This document shows, in pieces, positions 9,708 through 18,365 of a stretch of 64,000 nt of DNA (positions are counted from its first letter, which is position 1; each line of letters begins with the position of its first letter). The translations under genes were made by a program, and so were the position numbers. The notes under the pieces are model-generated. The model had not been told where the DNA came from. It made no database searches and was given only the letters and a program-made list of their open reading frames with translations. The DNA lies in NCBI GenBank assembly GCA_031362565.1, contig JANLSU010000081.1:32001-96000 (forward strand), given 5' to 3'. The stretch is from a bacterium. Lineage in GTDB: Bacteria > Krumholzibacteriota > Krumholzibacteriia > G020349025.

Positions 9708-10466
9708 TCACGGAGTGGATGGGAGGGCGGGCAGATCGAAGGCGGTGGCGCCCAGCACGTGGTGCGATTGCGGGTCTTGCACGTACACCACGATGCCGGC
9801 GTGATCGCGCCGGACGCCGGCGGGCAGGTCGAGGAAAAGCGTCCCTTTGGGGCCGGCGTCGAGGGTCACGGTGCGGAAAACACGCACCACATTGTCGTGC
9901 GCCAAGGTGCGGCCGCGGTTTTCGCCACTCGCGACGTGCGACACGAGATCGCGCTCCACGAGGGCGGCGTGCAGTTCGGCGCCGCGGTGCACCGGCGTCA
10001 CCTGGTATTCGACTCGCAGCCCCGATCCGGGGACGAGCGTTCCGCCACTGGCTTGGACGTCGACCGCAGCGGCAGTCGCGAGCGCGGCTTCGATCGCCTG
10101 GGTAGCGCGCACGCGGTCCGAACCGACGAAGGACTCGGCGCCGTTCACGACCATCTGTGGAGTGTAACGCGATTCGAAGCGGCCGCCGTAGATCGCCTGG
10201 CGTTCCGAAAATGCGGCGTCACTGTATGGATCGCGCCAGCCGAGCCGGTTCCAGTAGTCGACATGAAAAGCGAGGCAGTAGATCCGCGTGCTGTCGCGGC
10301 GGGCGGCGGCGGCAAGTTCACGCAAGAGCGCATCGGCGGGCGGACAGCTCGAACAACCCTCAGAGGTATAGAGTTCGAGTAACGCGGCCGGTGCTGATTT
10401 CGCCGCGACCGGCGAAACGAGCCCAAGCGCACAAAGAATGACGCCCACTCCAGCCAACACGCGCAT
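9708..10466 (-). CDS. DUF1223 family secreted thioredoxin-like protein
   Basis: Signal peptide; ELYTSEGCSSCPPAD, FHVDYWN.LGW.DPY, YTPQ, GENRG..L.H.NVVR. Confidence 0.88.
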   Translation of the reverse strand: MRVLAGVGVILCALGLVSPVAAKSAPAALLELYTSEGCSSCPPADALLRELAAAARRDSTRIYCLAFHVDYWNRLGWRDPYSDAAFSERQAIYGGRFESRYTPQMVVNGAESFVGSDRVRATQAIEAALATAAAVDVQASGGTLVPGSGLRVEYQVTPVHRGAELHAALVERDLVSHVASGENRGRTLAHDNVVRVFRTVTLDAGPKGTLFLDLPAGVRRDHAGIVVYVQDPQSHHVLGATAFDLPALPSTP

Positions 10467-10527
10467 CCTCGCTCGCTCCCGTGACTTCGCGCACGGTAAG
10501 CAACCGCGCCGTCACGCAACCTATTCC

Positions 10528-10890
10528 CTACGCCTTCCCCGCCCGCGTCGCTTTGATGAGCGCCTCCATGTGCCCTAGATAACGGTCCAGCGCCCGCTTG
10601 CCGGCCGCGGTCAGCGAGTATTCCGTGCGCGGCACCCGGCCCTCGAAAGACTTGCGGCACGCAACGTAGCCGCCTTCCTCCAACTTGCGGGCGTGGACAC
10701 TGAGATTGCCGTCGGTGAGGTCGAGAAACGCCTTCAGTTCGTTGAACGTCAGCGCGGCGTGCACGGCGAGGGCGCTGACGATCGCCAGCCGCACGCGCTC
10801 GTGAATGAGCCGGTCGAGATCCGAAACAACGCTTTCCGCCGGTCCGCTCTCGATCGGATGCCGGAGCGCGGCGCGTTTCTTAGCCACCAT
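10528..10890 (-). CDS. winged-helix transcriptional regulator (HTH_34/ArsR-like)
   Basis: LDRLIHERVRLAIVSAL, LTDGNLSVH.RKLE, PRTEY.LT.AG. Confidence 0.88.
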   Translation of the reverse strand: MVAKKRAALRHPIESGPAESVVSDLDRLIHERVRLAIVSALAVHAALTFNELKAFLDLTDGNLSVHARKLEEGGYVACRKSFEGRVPRTEYSLTAAGKRALDRYLGHMEALIKATRAGKA

Positions 10891-11482
10891 GTCGCCTCGC
10901 GATCCACAGGCCAAAGCCGATATGCAGGCCGCCGAAGCCCGCTGCCAAGCACCAGTTGCCCCAACCGGGCGGCACGGCGAGTGCCACGGCGCCCAGCAGC
11001 ATGAGAAGCGCGCCGAGAAGCGGTACGACGCGCACCGAATAACTCCCGGCCGCGACGACACCCGCACCATACGCCAGGAGCCAGAGGCCCGGCAGGACGT
11101 CGAAAGTGCCGCGCCACACCAACGCGATCGTCAGCAGCGCGCCCGCCGCGAGCGGCGGCACGAGACCGCGCACGAAACTGCGGCCGGGAGCACTGCGGAT
11201 CGGCGGACCGGCGCGCCGTGCCTTGCGGGCGATGGCCACGACGCCGATCGGAAACGCCACCGCGGCGGCTCCGAGCCAAACCAGCAACCAGGAGTGCGGT
11301 TCGCGGTGCGTCGCCGCAAGCACCGCCGCCGCCACCGCGATACATCCCATCCACACGCCACCGTGGCCGGGAACTGCCGTAAACGCCGCGCTGCGTTCCA
11401 TGGTCTGACGAATGAATCGCAAGTCATCGAGCGCCCGGGACTCGAGGGCGGCCGGAGGCGCGAAACGCGGGTCCTCGGTCAT
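10880..11482 (-). CDS. integral membrane protein, about 6 TM
   Basis: ALDDLRFIRQTMERS N-terminus, hydrophobic helices, GFGGLHI; overlaps the HTH gene. Confidence 0.75.
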   Translation of the reverse strand: MTEDPRFAPPAALESRALDDLRFIRQTMERSAAFTAVPGHGGVWMGCIAVAAAVLAATHREPHSWLLVWLGAAAVAFPIGVVAIARKARRAGPPIRSAPGRSFVRGLVPPLAAGALLTIALVWRGTFDVLPGLWLLAYGAGVVAAGSYSVRVVPLLGALLMLLGAVALAVPPGWGNWCLAAGFGGLHIGFGLWIARRHGG

Positions 11483-11494
11483 CGCGTCCTCAGG

Positions 11495-11523
11495 AGAATA
11501 GGGCCGAAACTACGCGTGGTCAA
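11495..11523 (-). promoter_or_regulatory. sigma70-type promoter
   Basis: TTGACC-17 bp-TATTCT upstream of the 11482 start. Confidence 0.5.
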
Positions 11524-11544
11524 GTACTCTGCCGCGTGAAGCGA

Positions 11545-12387
11545 CTAGCGCGTCGCCGGCGGCAGCCAGGCTTCGCCGCCCGGATCATGCATCGTCCAGT
11601 ACGGAATGCGCGCCGCCTTCGCCAGCCGGTACTCGGTGCCGTCGTCGCGCTGCAAGCGCAGCAGCCGGTGCGGCGCTGCCGTCTCGAACACATACGCCTG
11701 CCAACGCCCGGCACGTTCGAGGCGCACTTCGACACCATCGAACGTCCCCGCCGGTACGGTCACCGTCGCGGAACCACCACGGCGCACGTTCCATTGCTGA
11801 GGTTCGGTGTCCGTGAAGCGTCCCATGAGAAGCGACGGATACACCACGAGCGTTGCCGGACACGGACCCGCGGCGTAATCGCGCAAGAACAGCGGCAAGC
11901 CATCTTCGGGGATGGCGCCCATGGGCCATCGGTGCGCCCGGTCGCCTTGGCCGTCGAAGTAGGAGCGCGTGCGCAGGGTGCCGCGTGTCATGTCGGCGCT
12001 CGAGATACCACAGGCTTCGCTGCTCGTCGCCGCGATCTTCTGCAGCGCCCCGGTGTCGCGCCGCACGAACACGCTCGCCATCTGGTGATAGGTGTAGATG
12101 CCGGTCGGCACATCGCGAAGGTGATTGAGCTTGAGGACATCGAAACCGTCGGGCCGCGGGGTGTCGGCTTTGACATCCAAATCGGGCGCCCAGGGTTCCT
12201 TGACGACGACGAGAATGGCGCGGCCGGTGTACTGGTGGTTGTAGCGGGCCCAGGTCACTTCATAGGCACAGAATTCGGCGTTGCCGTCGTCCCAGAGCGC
12301 GTCGTGGCGCCAGGATGCAGGTGCAGTCGAAGCGGCGGTCGTAACCGTCGCGCTCAGCAACAGGAGGGCGGCGCAGGTTCGATGCAT
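11545..12387 (-). CDS. secreted hypothetical protein
   Basis: Signal peptide from ATG 12387; WDDGNAE..Y, RY...Y.G.A, VLKLN, TGIY.Y, EACG, YF.GQGD, YW motifs look conserved. Confidence 0.65.
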   Translation of the reverse strand: MHRTCAALLLLSATVTTAASTAPASWRHDALWDDGNAEFCAYEVTWARYNHQYTGRAILVVVKEPWAPDLDVKADTPRPDGFDVLKLNHLRDVPTGIYTYHQMASVFVRRDTGALQKIAATSSEACGISSADMTRGTLRTRSYFDGQGDRAHRWPMGAIPEDGLPLFLRDYAAGPCPATLVVYPSLLMGRFTDTEPQQWNVRRGGSATVTVPAGTFDGVEVRLERAGRWQAYVFETAAPHRLLRLQRDDGTEYRLAKAARIPYWTMHDPGGEAWLPPATR

Positions 12388-12410
12388 GGTGGCCTTCTTT
12401 CCGCCGTGGA

Positions 12411-13808
12411 TCATAGCGTATGCGGCGCGGCGCCGTGGCGCTCGAAACGCGACAGGAGCCAAACAAGAAGCGCCACGGCCAAGGCCGGGAAGATGGGTTC
12501 GAGGTGCAGCCAGTACACGCCTTGGTTCGCAAAGGCGATCCACACGGTGGCAACAAGTGCGGCCGACAGCATGGCCGTGCCGGCGGCGCGGGCCGACATG
12601 CGCGTCCGCGGGTCGAAACTCGCCACCACGGGCACCAAGAGCGCCGGCGTCCCGATGCTTCCCAGGTGGTGCCAAACTTCGACGACCGACAGCCCTGATG
12701 CCGCGATCGCGACGGAACCGGCGCAGGCGCCCGCCAGGCCGAGGCGCGTCCAGGCGTTGTCGCCGAGCCGCGCGCCGGGCCACCGCGCCAGCAGGTCGTG
12801 GCCGATCGTCTGCGCCGAAATGAACAAGTAGCTATCGACCGTCGACATCACGGTGGCCAGCATGCCCGCGAAGAACAGGCCGCGCAAGACGGGCGGCAGC
12901 ACTTGTTCCGCGAGGGCTGGAAACGCCCGGCTGGCGTCCTGCAAATCCGGCAACAACGCCCGCGCATAGAGTCCCGTCATCGTCGTCATGGCATCGAACA
13001 CGATCCAGAACAGGACCGAAACGAGAATGCCGTTGCGCGCCGTGCGCCCGTCACGGGCTGCGAAACACGCTTCGTAGAACGTCGGTTCGACGAGAGTCGA
13101 AAGCGCGATCACGTACCACACGAGGATCGATTGCACCGGCTGGCCGCCTGTCCACGTGAAGAGCGCCGGGTCGAGATGGGCGCGCAGAAACCCCAAGCCG
13201 CCGACGTGGGTCAAGAGTCGCACGACGATGATGGCGAAACCCGAGTACATCAGAATGAAATAGAAGCGGTCGGCGGTGACGATGGCCCGCATGCCGCCAA
13301 AGAGCAGATACGAGCTGGACAACAGCACCACGCCGACGACGGCCACCAGGCGCGGAATCGACAAGATCTCGCCGACAATCGTTCCCGCCATGAGGGCGTA
13401 GGCGCCCGGCAGCGTCATTGCCAGCACGATCGCGGCACCGATCGTCGCCACCCGGTTGCCGTACGCGGCGCGCAATTGGTCCGGGATGGTGAGGGCGCGT
13501 GAGCCGCGCGCCCGCGGCGCGATGAACAGCGCGAACACCACGGCGGCGACGTAGTAGGGAACGCCGAAGACGATCCAGTTGGCGACCCCATGGCGATAGG
13601 CGTATTCGCCGACGCCCAGGATGCCGCCGTACCAAGACGCCACCAGGTTCATGACGAATCCGGGCAGAGAAACCGCCCGCCCGGCAGCCAGATACGCCGC
13701 CACATCGTCGCCGCGGCGCCGCCGGCCGCGCACGAGCGCCAGCCAGCCGAGCGCCATGACGTACGCCAAGATCACCAGGCGGTCGAGGATCGAAAAGGAA
13801 CCAGTCAC
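12411..13808 (-). CDS. sodium:solute symporter (SSS family)
   Basis: YLAAGR, WYGGILGVGE, TIPD.L...YG, GGMRA, MSTVDSY; about 13 TM. Confidence 0.88.
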   Translation of the reverse strand: MTGSFSILDRLVILAYVMALGWLALVRGRRRRGDDVAAYLAAGRAVSLPGFVMNLVASWYGGILGVGEYAYRHGVANWIVFGVPYYVAAVVFALFIAPRARGSRALTIPDQLRAAYGNRVATIGAAIVLAMTLPGAYALMAGTIVGEILSIPRLVAVVGVVLLSSSYLLFGGMRAIVTADRFYFILMYSGFAIIVVRLLTHVGGLGFLRAHLDPALFTWTGGQPVQSILVWYVIALSTLVEPTFYEACFAARDGRTARNGILVSVLFWIVFDAMTTMTGLYARALLPDLQDASRAFPALAEQVLPPVLRGLFFAGMLATVMSTVDSYLFISAQTIGHDLLARWPGARLGDNAWTRLGLAGACAGSVAIAASGLSVVEVWHHLGSIGTPALLVPVVASFDPRTRMSARAAGTAMLSAALVATVWIAFANQGVYWLHLEPIFPALAVALLVWLLSRFERHGAAPHTL

Positions 13809-13817
13809 GAATGCATC

Positions 13818-15167
13818 CTAGGTGAACGCCGCGATCGCGAATCCGAGCGTGACGAGGGTGGCATAAACGGCGAAGAACAGTAGCCCATACCCCATGATGT
13901 CGCGGAAAGAAAGCCGCACCATGGTGAGGAGCGGAATCGCCCAGAAGGGTTGAATGATGTCGGTCAGCATGTCGCCCCACGCATAGGCGAGCACGGTCAG
14001 GTCCAGGCGCGCACCGAGAACGTGCGCCGCCTTGACCACATACGGCGCTTCGATCGCCCACTTCGAGCCGCCGGACGGAATGACGTAGTTGAGCAGGCCC
14101 GAATACCACAGCACGACGAGCGGATAGGTCGACGGGCGCGACACGCCGGTAAACCAGCCGGCGATGACATCCTGCAGTTTGGATTCCTTGATGATGCCGA
14201 AGATCCCGGCGTAGAACGGAAACTGCAGGATGACGCCCCACACGTAGCGTCCACCGCGCTCGGCGGCGGCGAGGAGCGCCGATGGGCGGCCGTGCAGCAG
14301 CACCGCCAGCATGAGAAAGGTGAAGTTGACGGTGTTGAGGTTGATGCCTTGCAGTCCGTGGGCCGCGAACCACCACCCGAGCCACACCAACCCGCTTAGC
14401 CCGACGATCCAGTTCACGAGCCGGCTGTCCTCGAGCCGCGCTGCCGGCGTGCGCGCCGCACCGGCGGGTGGCGCGACGGGAGGCGCGTCGTCGTCATCGT
14501 CGGGGGTCGAACTCCAGTCGACCAGCGGTTCGACGCCGCCTGCCGGCTGCAGACGTGCCGCCAGGGTCGTCAACACGATGATGGTCGCCGCCACAAGAGC
14601 CAGATTGAGCGGATGCAACAGGGTGCGCGTCACCGGAATGACGCCGAGTTCCTTCTCCATGAAGTGACCCGGTGTCGCGACGAGGAGCGGCATCGAGGCC
14701 GAAAGGCCGGCGTGCCACAGCGTTCCCAGGCCGAGATACGCGCAACAGACCAAGAGCCGGTAGTCGGCGCGCGGCTGCTGGCGCGCCACCCGCCGCACGA
14801 ACACCGCACTGCCGACGATGGACAGGCCCCAGTGGATTGTCGCGAGGCCGAGCGACAAGAGCGCCGTCATCACGACCGCGCCGCGCGGGCTCTTGGCGCG
14901 CCTCGCCAGTGCATCGAACATGCGGCGCACTGGAGCCGCGACCGCGAGCATGTACCCCGTCACGATGATGAGGCACATCTGCATGCCGAAGGACAGCAGT
15001 TCCCAGAAGCCGCTCCCCCAGTAGCGCACCAGGTCGAGTGGACTGGAGGCGGTGAAAACGAGCCCGAGGACGAAGACGAAACCGGTGAGCAAGACCGCAA
15101 TGACGTAGGCGTCGGGCACCCATCGGGTGCTCCACGCCGTCAAACCACGCGCCACGCGTTGCAACAT
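13818..15167 (-). CDS. atoE: short-chain fatty acid transporter (AtoE family)
   Basis: VPDAYV, WG.GFW.LL.F.MQM, WHAGLS.S.PL, QFPFYAGI.G, IPSGG.KW, QPFWA.P. Confidence 0.88.
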   Translation of the reverse strand: MLQRVARGLTAWSTRWVPDAYVIAVLLTGFVFVLGLVFTASSPLDLVRYWGSGFWELLSFGMQMCLIIVTGYMLAVAAPVRRMFDALARRAKSPRGAVVMTALLSLGLATIHWGLSIVGSAVFVRRVARQQPRADYRLLVCCAYLGLGTLWHAGLSASMPLLVATPGHFMEKELGVIPVTRTLLHPLNLALVAATIIVLTTLAARLQPAGGVEPLVDWSSTPDDDDDAPPVAPPAGAARTPAARLEDSRLVNWIVGLSGLVWLGWWFAAHGLQGINLNTVNFTFLMLAVLLHGRPSALLAAAERGGRYVWGVILQFPFYAGIFGIIKESKLQDVIAGWFTGVSRPSTYPLVVLWYSGLLNYVIPSGGSKWAIEAPYVVKAAHVLGARLDLTVLAYAWGDMLTDIIQPFWAIPLLTMVRLSFRDIMGYGLLFFAVYATLVTLGFAIAAFT

Positions 15168-15188
15168 GGGGGCCTGGCAGCCCTTGGC

Positions 15189-15935
15189 TCAGTTGTGCAG
15201 ATTGAACTGGATCGGAATGACCATCCACACCGCGACCGGCTTGTCCTTTTGCAGCGCCGGCTTGAAGACCGCCGTCTGCGCCGCCGTCGCCGCCGCATCG
15301 TCGAGCATGGGCACGCTCTTGATGATGATCATGTCTTTGACGAAGCCGTCCTCGCCGACCAGCACGCGCACCAACACTTCACCCTCGACACCGGCTTCCT
15401 TGGCGATATCGGGATACTGGGTTTCCTGCATGCTGACGAGTTCGGGTTCTTTTTCGTAAGCGACGTAGTCCTCGGGGCCCGGCAAGCCATCGCCGCTGAC
15501 GACGAGGCTGTCGGTAGCGCCGAGCGCGGTCGCGGTCGTGTTGTTGCTCATGGCTGCGATGTCTTCGGTGGAGGCGATCGTTTCCTCGACCGCCAAGTCG
15601 TCGCGCACCGGCTTCGGCATGGCGATGGCGGGGCGCGTCTTGAGTTCCACCTTGACCTGCACTTCCTGCTGCGGCGTCAAGGATGGCGGAACCCCGAGAT
15701 CGGCGGCGGTCATGATCGCAATGCGCTTCTTGACCGGTCCGGCGGGCCCATGATTCTTGTGCAACGCTCGGAGGACGGCTTCGTAGCCCATGTATCCGCC
15801 CCACGCCACCACGGCCACGATCATCGTCGCCGCGAAGGCGCGCGGCATGAACTCGTTCTGGTCGAACTTGTCGAGATAGCCCCAGCGCGGGAAGCGCCCC
15901 GGCCCAGAGGGCGGCTTGTACGTTGCGACGGACAT
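15189..15935 (-). CDS. tonB: energy transducer TonB
   Basis: N-terminal TM, Pro-containing linker, TonB C-domain YP..A..AGVEG.V.V..LV..DG...FKPA. Confidence 0.88.
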   Translation of the reverse strand: MSVATYKPPSGPGRFPRWGYLDKFDQNEFMPRAFAATMIVAVVAWGGYMGYEAVLRALHKNHGPAGPVKKRIAIMTAADLGVPPSLTPQQEVQVKVELKTRPAIAMPKPVRDDLAVEETIASTEDIAAMSNNTTATALGATDSLVVSGDGLPGPEDYVAYEKEPELVSMQETQYPDIAKEAGVEGEVLVRVLVGEDGFVKDMIIIKSVPMLDDAAATAAQTAVFKPALQKDKPVAVWMVIPIQFNLHN

Positions 15936-16447
15936 CAGTCGCCCCCTGCTTTGCCCTTGACCTCGGTCAATTCTTCCGGGGTCATCTGGTCGAAGCTATA
16001 GCGCGTGACCTTACCGACGATGAACTCGTCGATGACGTCCACCATCCAGTGGTACGGCGCGTCGCCGTCGAACTTCACGAGCGTGATGAGCTTGTCGTTC
16101 TGCTTCAGGATGTCCTTGATCATGGTGCGCATGCCCGCGAACGGCACCGGCTCGAGCGGTCCATCGGTGCCGATGCGATACACCATCTTGCCGTCGTCAT
16201 AGACATAGAGCATGAGGACGTTCGACTCCGCGACGTCGACCAGGGCGTCCTTGGGCGGCAGGTTCAATTCCATGGCCTGCGGTAGACGGAACACCGTCGT
16301 GACCATGAAGAAAATGAGCAGCAAGAACGCGATGTCGACCATCGGGGTCATGTCGATGGCAATGCCGACGCGTTTCTTGACGTGGCTGAGGACGCCTTTT
16401 TTCTTGCCGCCGCCTGCAGGCTGCGCGCCGAGGTCCATGCCGCCCAT
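15935..16447 (-). CDS. exbD: biopolymer transporter ExbD/TolR
   Basis: IDMTPMVDIAFLLLIFFMVTT. Confidence 0.9.
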   Translation of the reverse strand: MGGMDLGAQPAGGGKKKGVLSHVKKRVGIAIDMTPMVDIAFLLLIFFMVTTVFRLPQAMELNLPPKDALVDVAESNVLMLYVYDDGKMVYRIGTDGPLEPVPFAGMRTMIKDILKQNDKLITLVKFDGDAPYHWMVDVIDEFIVGKVTRYSFDQMTPEELTEVKGKAGGD

Positions 16448-16513
16448 CGTGTCCCACCTCGCCTTCGCCTCGCGGTTCGCCTGTGGTGCTCACACCAAAC
16501 GGCGAACCCGCGG

Positions 16514-16945
16514 TCAGGGTACGTCCTGCTCGAGTTCGGTGACCAAGTTGAAACGGGTCGTGTTCGTCTCCTGCAAGATTTTCATGACCTGGCCCATGGT
16601 CTTGTACTTGACGTCCTTGTCGGCGCGAATCGCCATGCGGAGCTTCGGGTTGTTGGCGCGGCTGGTCAGGATCAGGTTCCGCAGGTCCGCCATCTGGACG
16701 ATGCTCGCATCGGTCGCGTTCAAGCCTTTTTGGAAGGCGATCGTGCCGTCCGGCCCGATGCTGAGCACGATGACATTGCTCTCGGGCACCTGGATTTCCA
16801 CGTGCGACGACGGCAGTTTCACCTCGACCGGATCCGGCGGTTTGAACGACGTCGTCGTCATGAAAAAGATCAGCAACAGGAACGCGACGTCCACGAAGGG
16901 AGTCATGTCGATCCGAATGCCGACCCGGCGCTTGCCTCTGCTCAT
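16514..16945 (-). CDS. exbD: biopolymer transporter ExbD/TolR
   Basis: IDMTPFVDVAFLLLIFFMTTT, IRAD..V.Y. Confidence 0.9.
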   Translation of the reverse strand: MSRGKRRVGIRIDMTPFVDVAFLLLIFFMTTTSFKPPDPVEVKLPSSHVEIQVPESNVIVLSIGPDGTIAFQKGLNATDASIVQMADLRNLILTSRANNPKLRMAIRADKDVKYKTMGQVMKILQETNTTRFNLVTELEQDVP

Positions 16946-16975
16946 TCCAGGACCCTCCGCGGCTCGCGCCGGCGA

Positions 16976-17704
16976 TCAGCCAACCAGTTTTTTCTCTTTG
17001 CGGGCGAGCAAGCCCAGGATCTCGTGCACGGTCTCGTCCATCATGTAGTTGTAACTGTCGACGCGGGTCACGAAGTAGTTGTACATGACGATGCCGACCT
17101 GCGCGATGATGAGACCGCCCAGCGTGTTGACGAGCGCTTCGGAAATACCCAACGCCAACTGCGTCGCGTCGGGCGCTCCGGCCTGCGACATTGCCGCGAA
17201 GGAGCGGATCATCCCGTACGTCGTTCCCGTCAGGCCGATCATCGTGCCGATCGAGGCGATGGTCGACAGGAAGACCAGATTGCGTTCGAGAAGCGGGGTT
17301 TCGAGCGCGTTCGCCTCTTCCAGATGGCGCCGCGTCTCTTCCATCCGCTCGTCCTCGGTCATTTCCTTGCCCTCGGTCGAGATGTAGGCGTCGAGGCCGG
17401 CCTGCACGACGCTCGCGAGCGCGCCGCGCTGGCGGCGGCAGAGGTCGATGGCGCCTTCCAAGTCGTTGTTCTGAATCGCCGTCTGCAACTTCTTCGCGAA
17501 CGTCGCCAGCGATTCCTTGCCCTTGGCGCCGCGCAGCGTCCACAGACGCTCGACGACGATGACCACCGTGAACATGAGGGCTGCAATCAGCAGCGCGACC
17601 AGCGGGCCGCCGCGGCGGACCTCTTCCGGGAGCATGGGGCGCATCACGAATCCGGTCACGATGCATCCCGCCAGCACTAACCAGAGCCAGAGTTGATTCC
17701 GCAC
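16976..17704 (-). CDS. exbB: MotA/TolQ/ExbB proton channel protein
   Basis: GG, VERL..L, LE.NL.FL.TIA.I.TM.GL.GT..GMI.SF, LA.GISEAL.NT..G; GTG start 17704 preceded by GAGG. Confidence 0.88.
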   Translation of the reverse strand: MRNQLWLWLVLAGCIVTGFVMRPMLPEEVRRGGPLVALLIAALMFTVVIVVERLWTLRGAKGKESLATFAKKLQTAIQNNDLEGAIDLCRRQRGALASVVQAGLDAYISTEGKEMTEDERMEETRRHLEEANALETPLLERNLVFLSTIASIGTMIGLTGTTYGMIRSFAAMSQAGAPDATQLALGISEALVNTLGGLIIAQVGIVMYNYFVTRVDSYNYMMDETVHEILGLLARKEKKLVG

Positions 17705-17990
17705 TGTCCAACGCCTCGCTTTCTTGTCGTCGGGTGGGGCAAGGATGCGCTCAGCCCCGGTCAGAGGTTGCCGTACGATCCGATACTTTTGTTTGATCGA
17801 GTGCTTGCGCCGATGCGGCGCCCGTCTCGTTCCAGCCTGCATGCGCTTCTGCTCCGTCAAACGGCGCGCCCGCTCCTCGATCGCCGCACGCATGTGCGCT
17901 TCGGAGACGCTGTCGTCCACGAGACGCATCTGGTGCGAAACGACCAGATCTTTCGGCCCGAGACTCATCGAGCTCTTGCCGAAAGGAAGC

Positions 17991-18332
17991 CTAAGCCCCC
18001 AGCGTCTTGAGGGCGTCTTCACGCGAGTCCGCGAGCTCGAAGACGAGCGAGAGCTTCGTGACGACGAAGACATTCTGAATCCTCTTGTCGACGTTTGCCA
18101 GCAGGACTCGCCCGCCACGCTTCTGGTAATTGGTGTGCGCCCGAACCAGCAAGCCGATGGCGATGCTGTTCAAGTGCTGCACTTTCCCGAGATCCAAGAC
18201 CAGTTTCTTGTTCTCGGCGGTCTGTAACTCACCCAGCGCCCGGTCGAGATCGTCGGTTTCCTTGCCACCGTAGAAGTTGCCTTCCGGCGCCAGGACCATG
18301 ACCTCACCGTGCTTCTCGGTACGCACGCCCAT
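17991..18332 (-). CDS. STAS-domain anti-sigma factor antagonist
   Basis: LVLDLGKV.HLNS.AIG.LV, L.N....I..VF..TKL..VF. Confidence 0.88.
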   Translation of the reverse strand: MGVRTEKHGEVMVLAPEGNFYGGKETDDLDRALGELQTAENKKLVLDLGKVQHLNSIAIGLLVRAHTNYQKRGGRVLLANVDKRIQNVFVVTKLSLVFELADSREDALKTLGA

Positions 18333-18365
18333 CGACGGTTCCCCTTCGTACGATCGAACCAAGCT

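Noticed and set aside
17705..18118. Stop-free 138-codon N-terminal extension of ExbB in the ORF track
   Set aside because: It overlaps the STAS gene in another frame and has no recognisable motif. GTG 17704 has an SD and gives a typical ExbB length, and long open frames arise by chance at this GC content.
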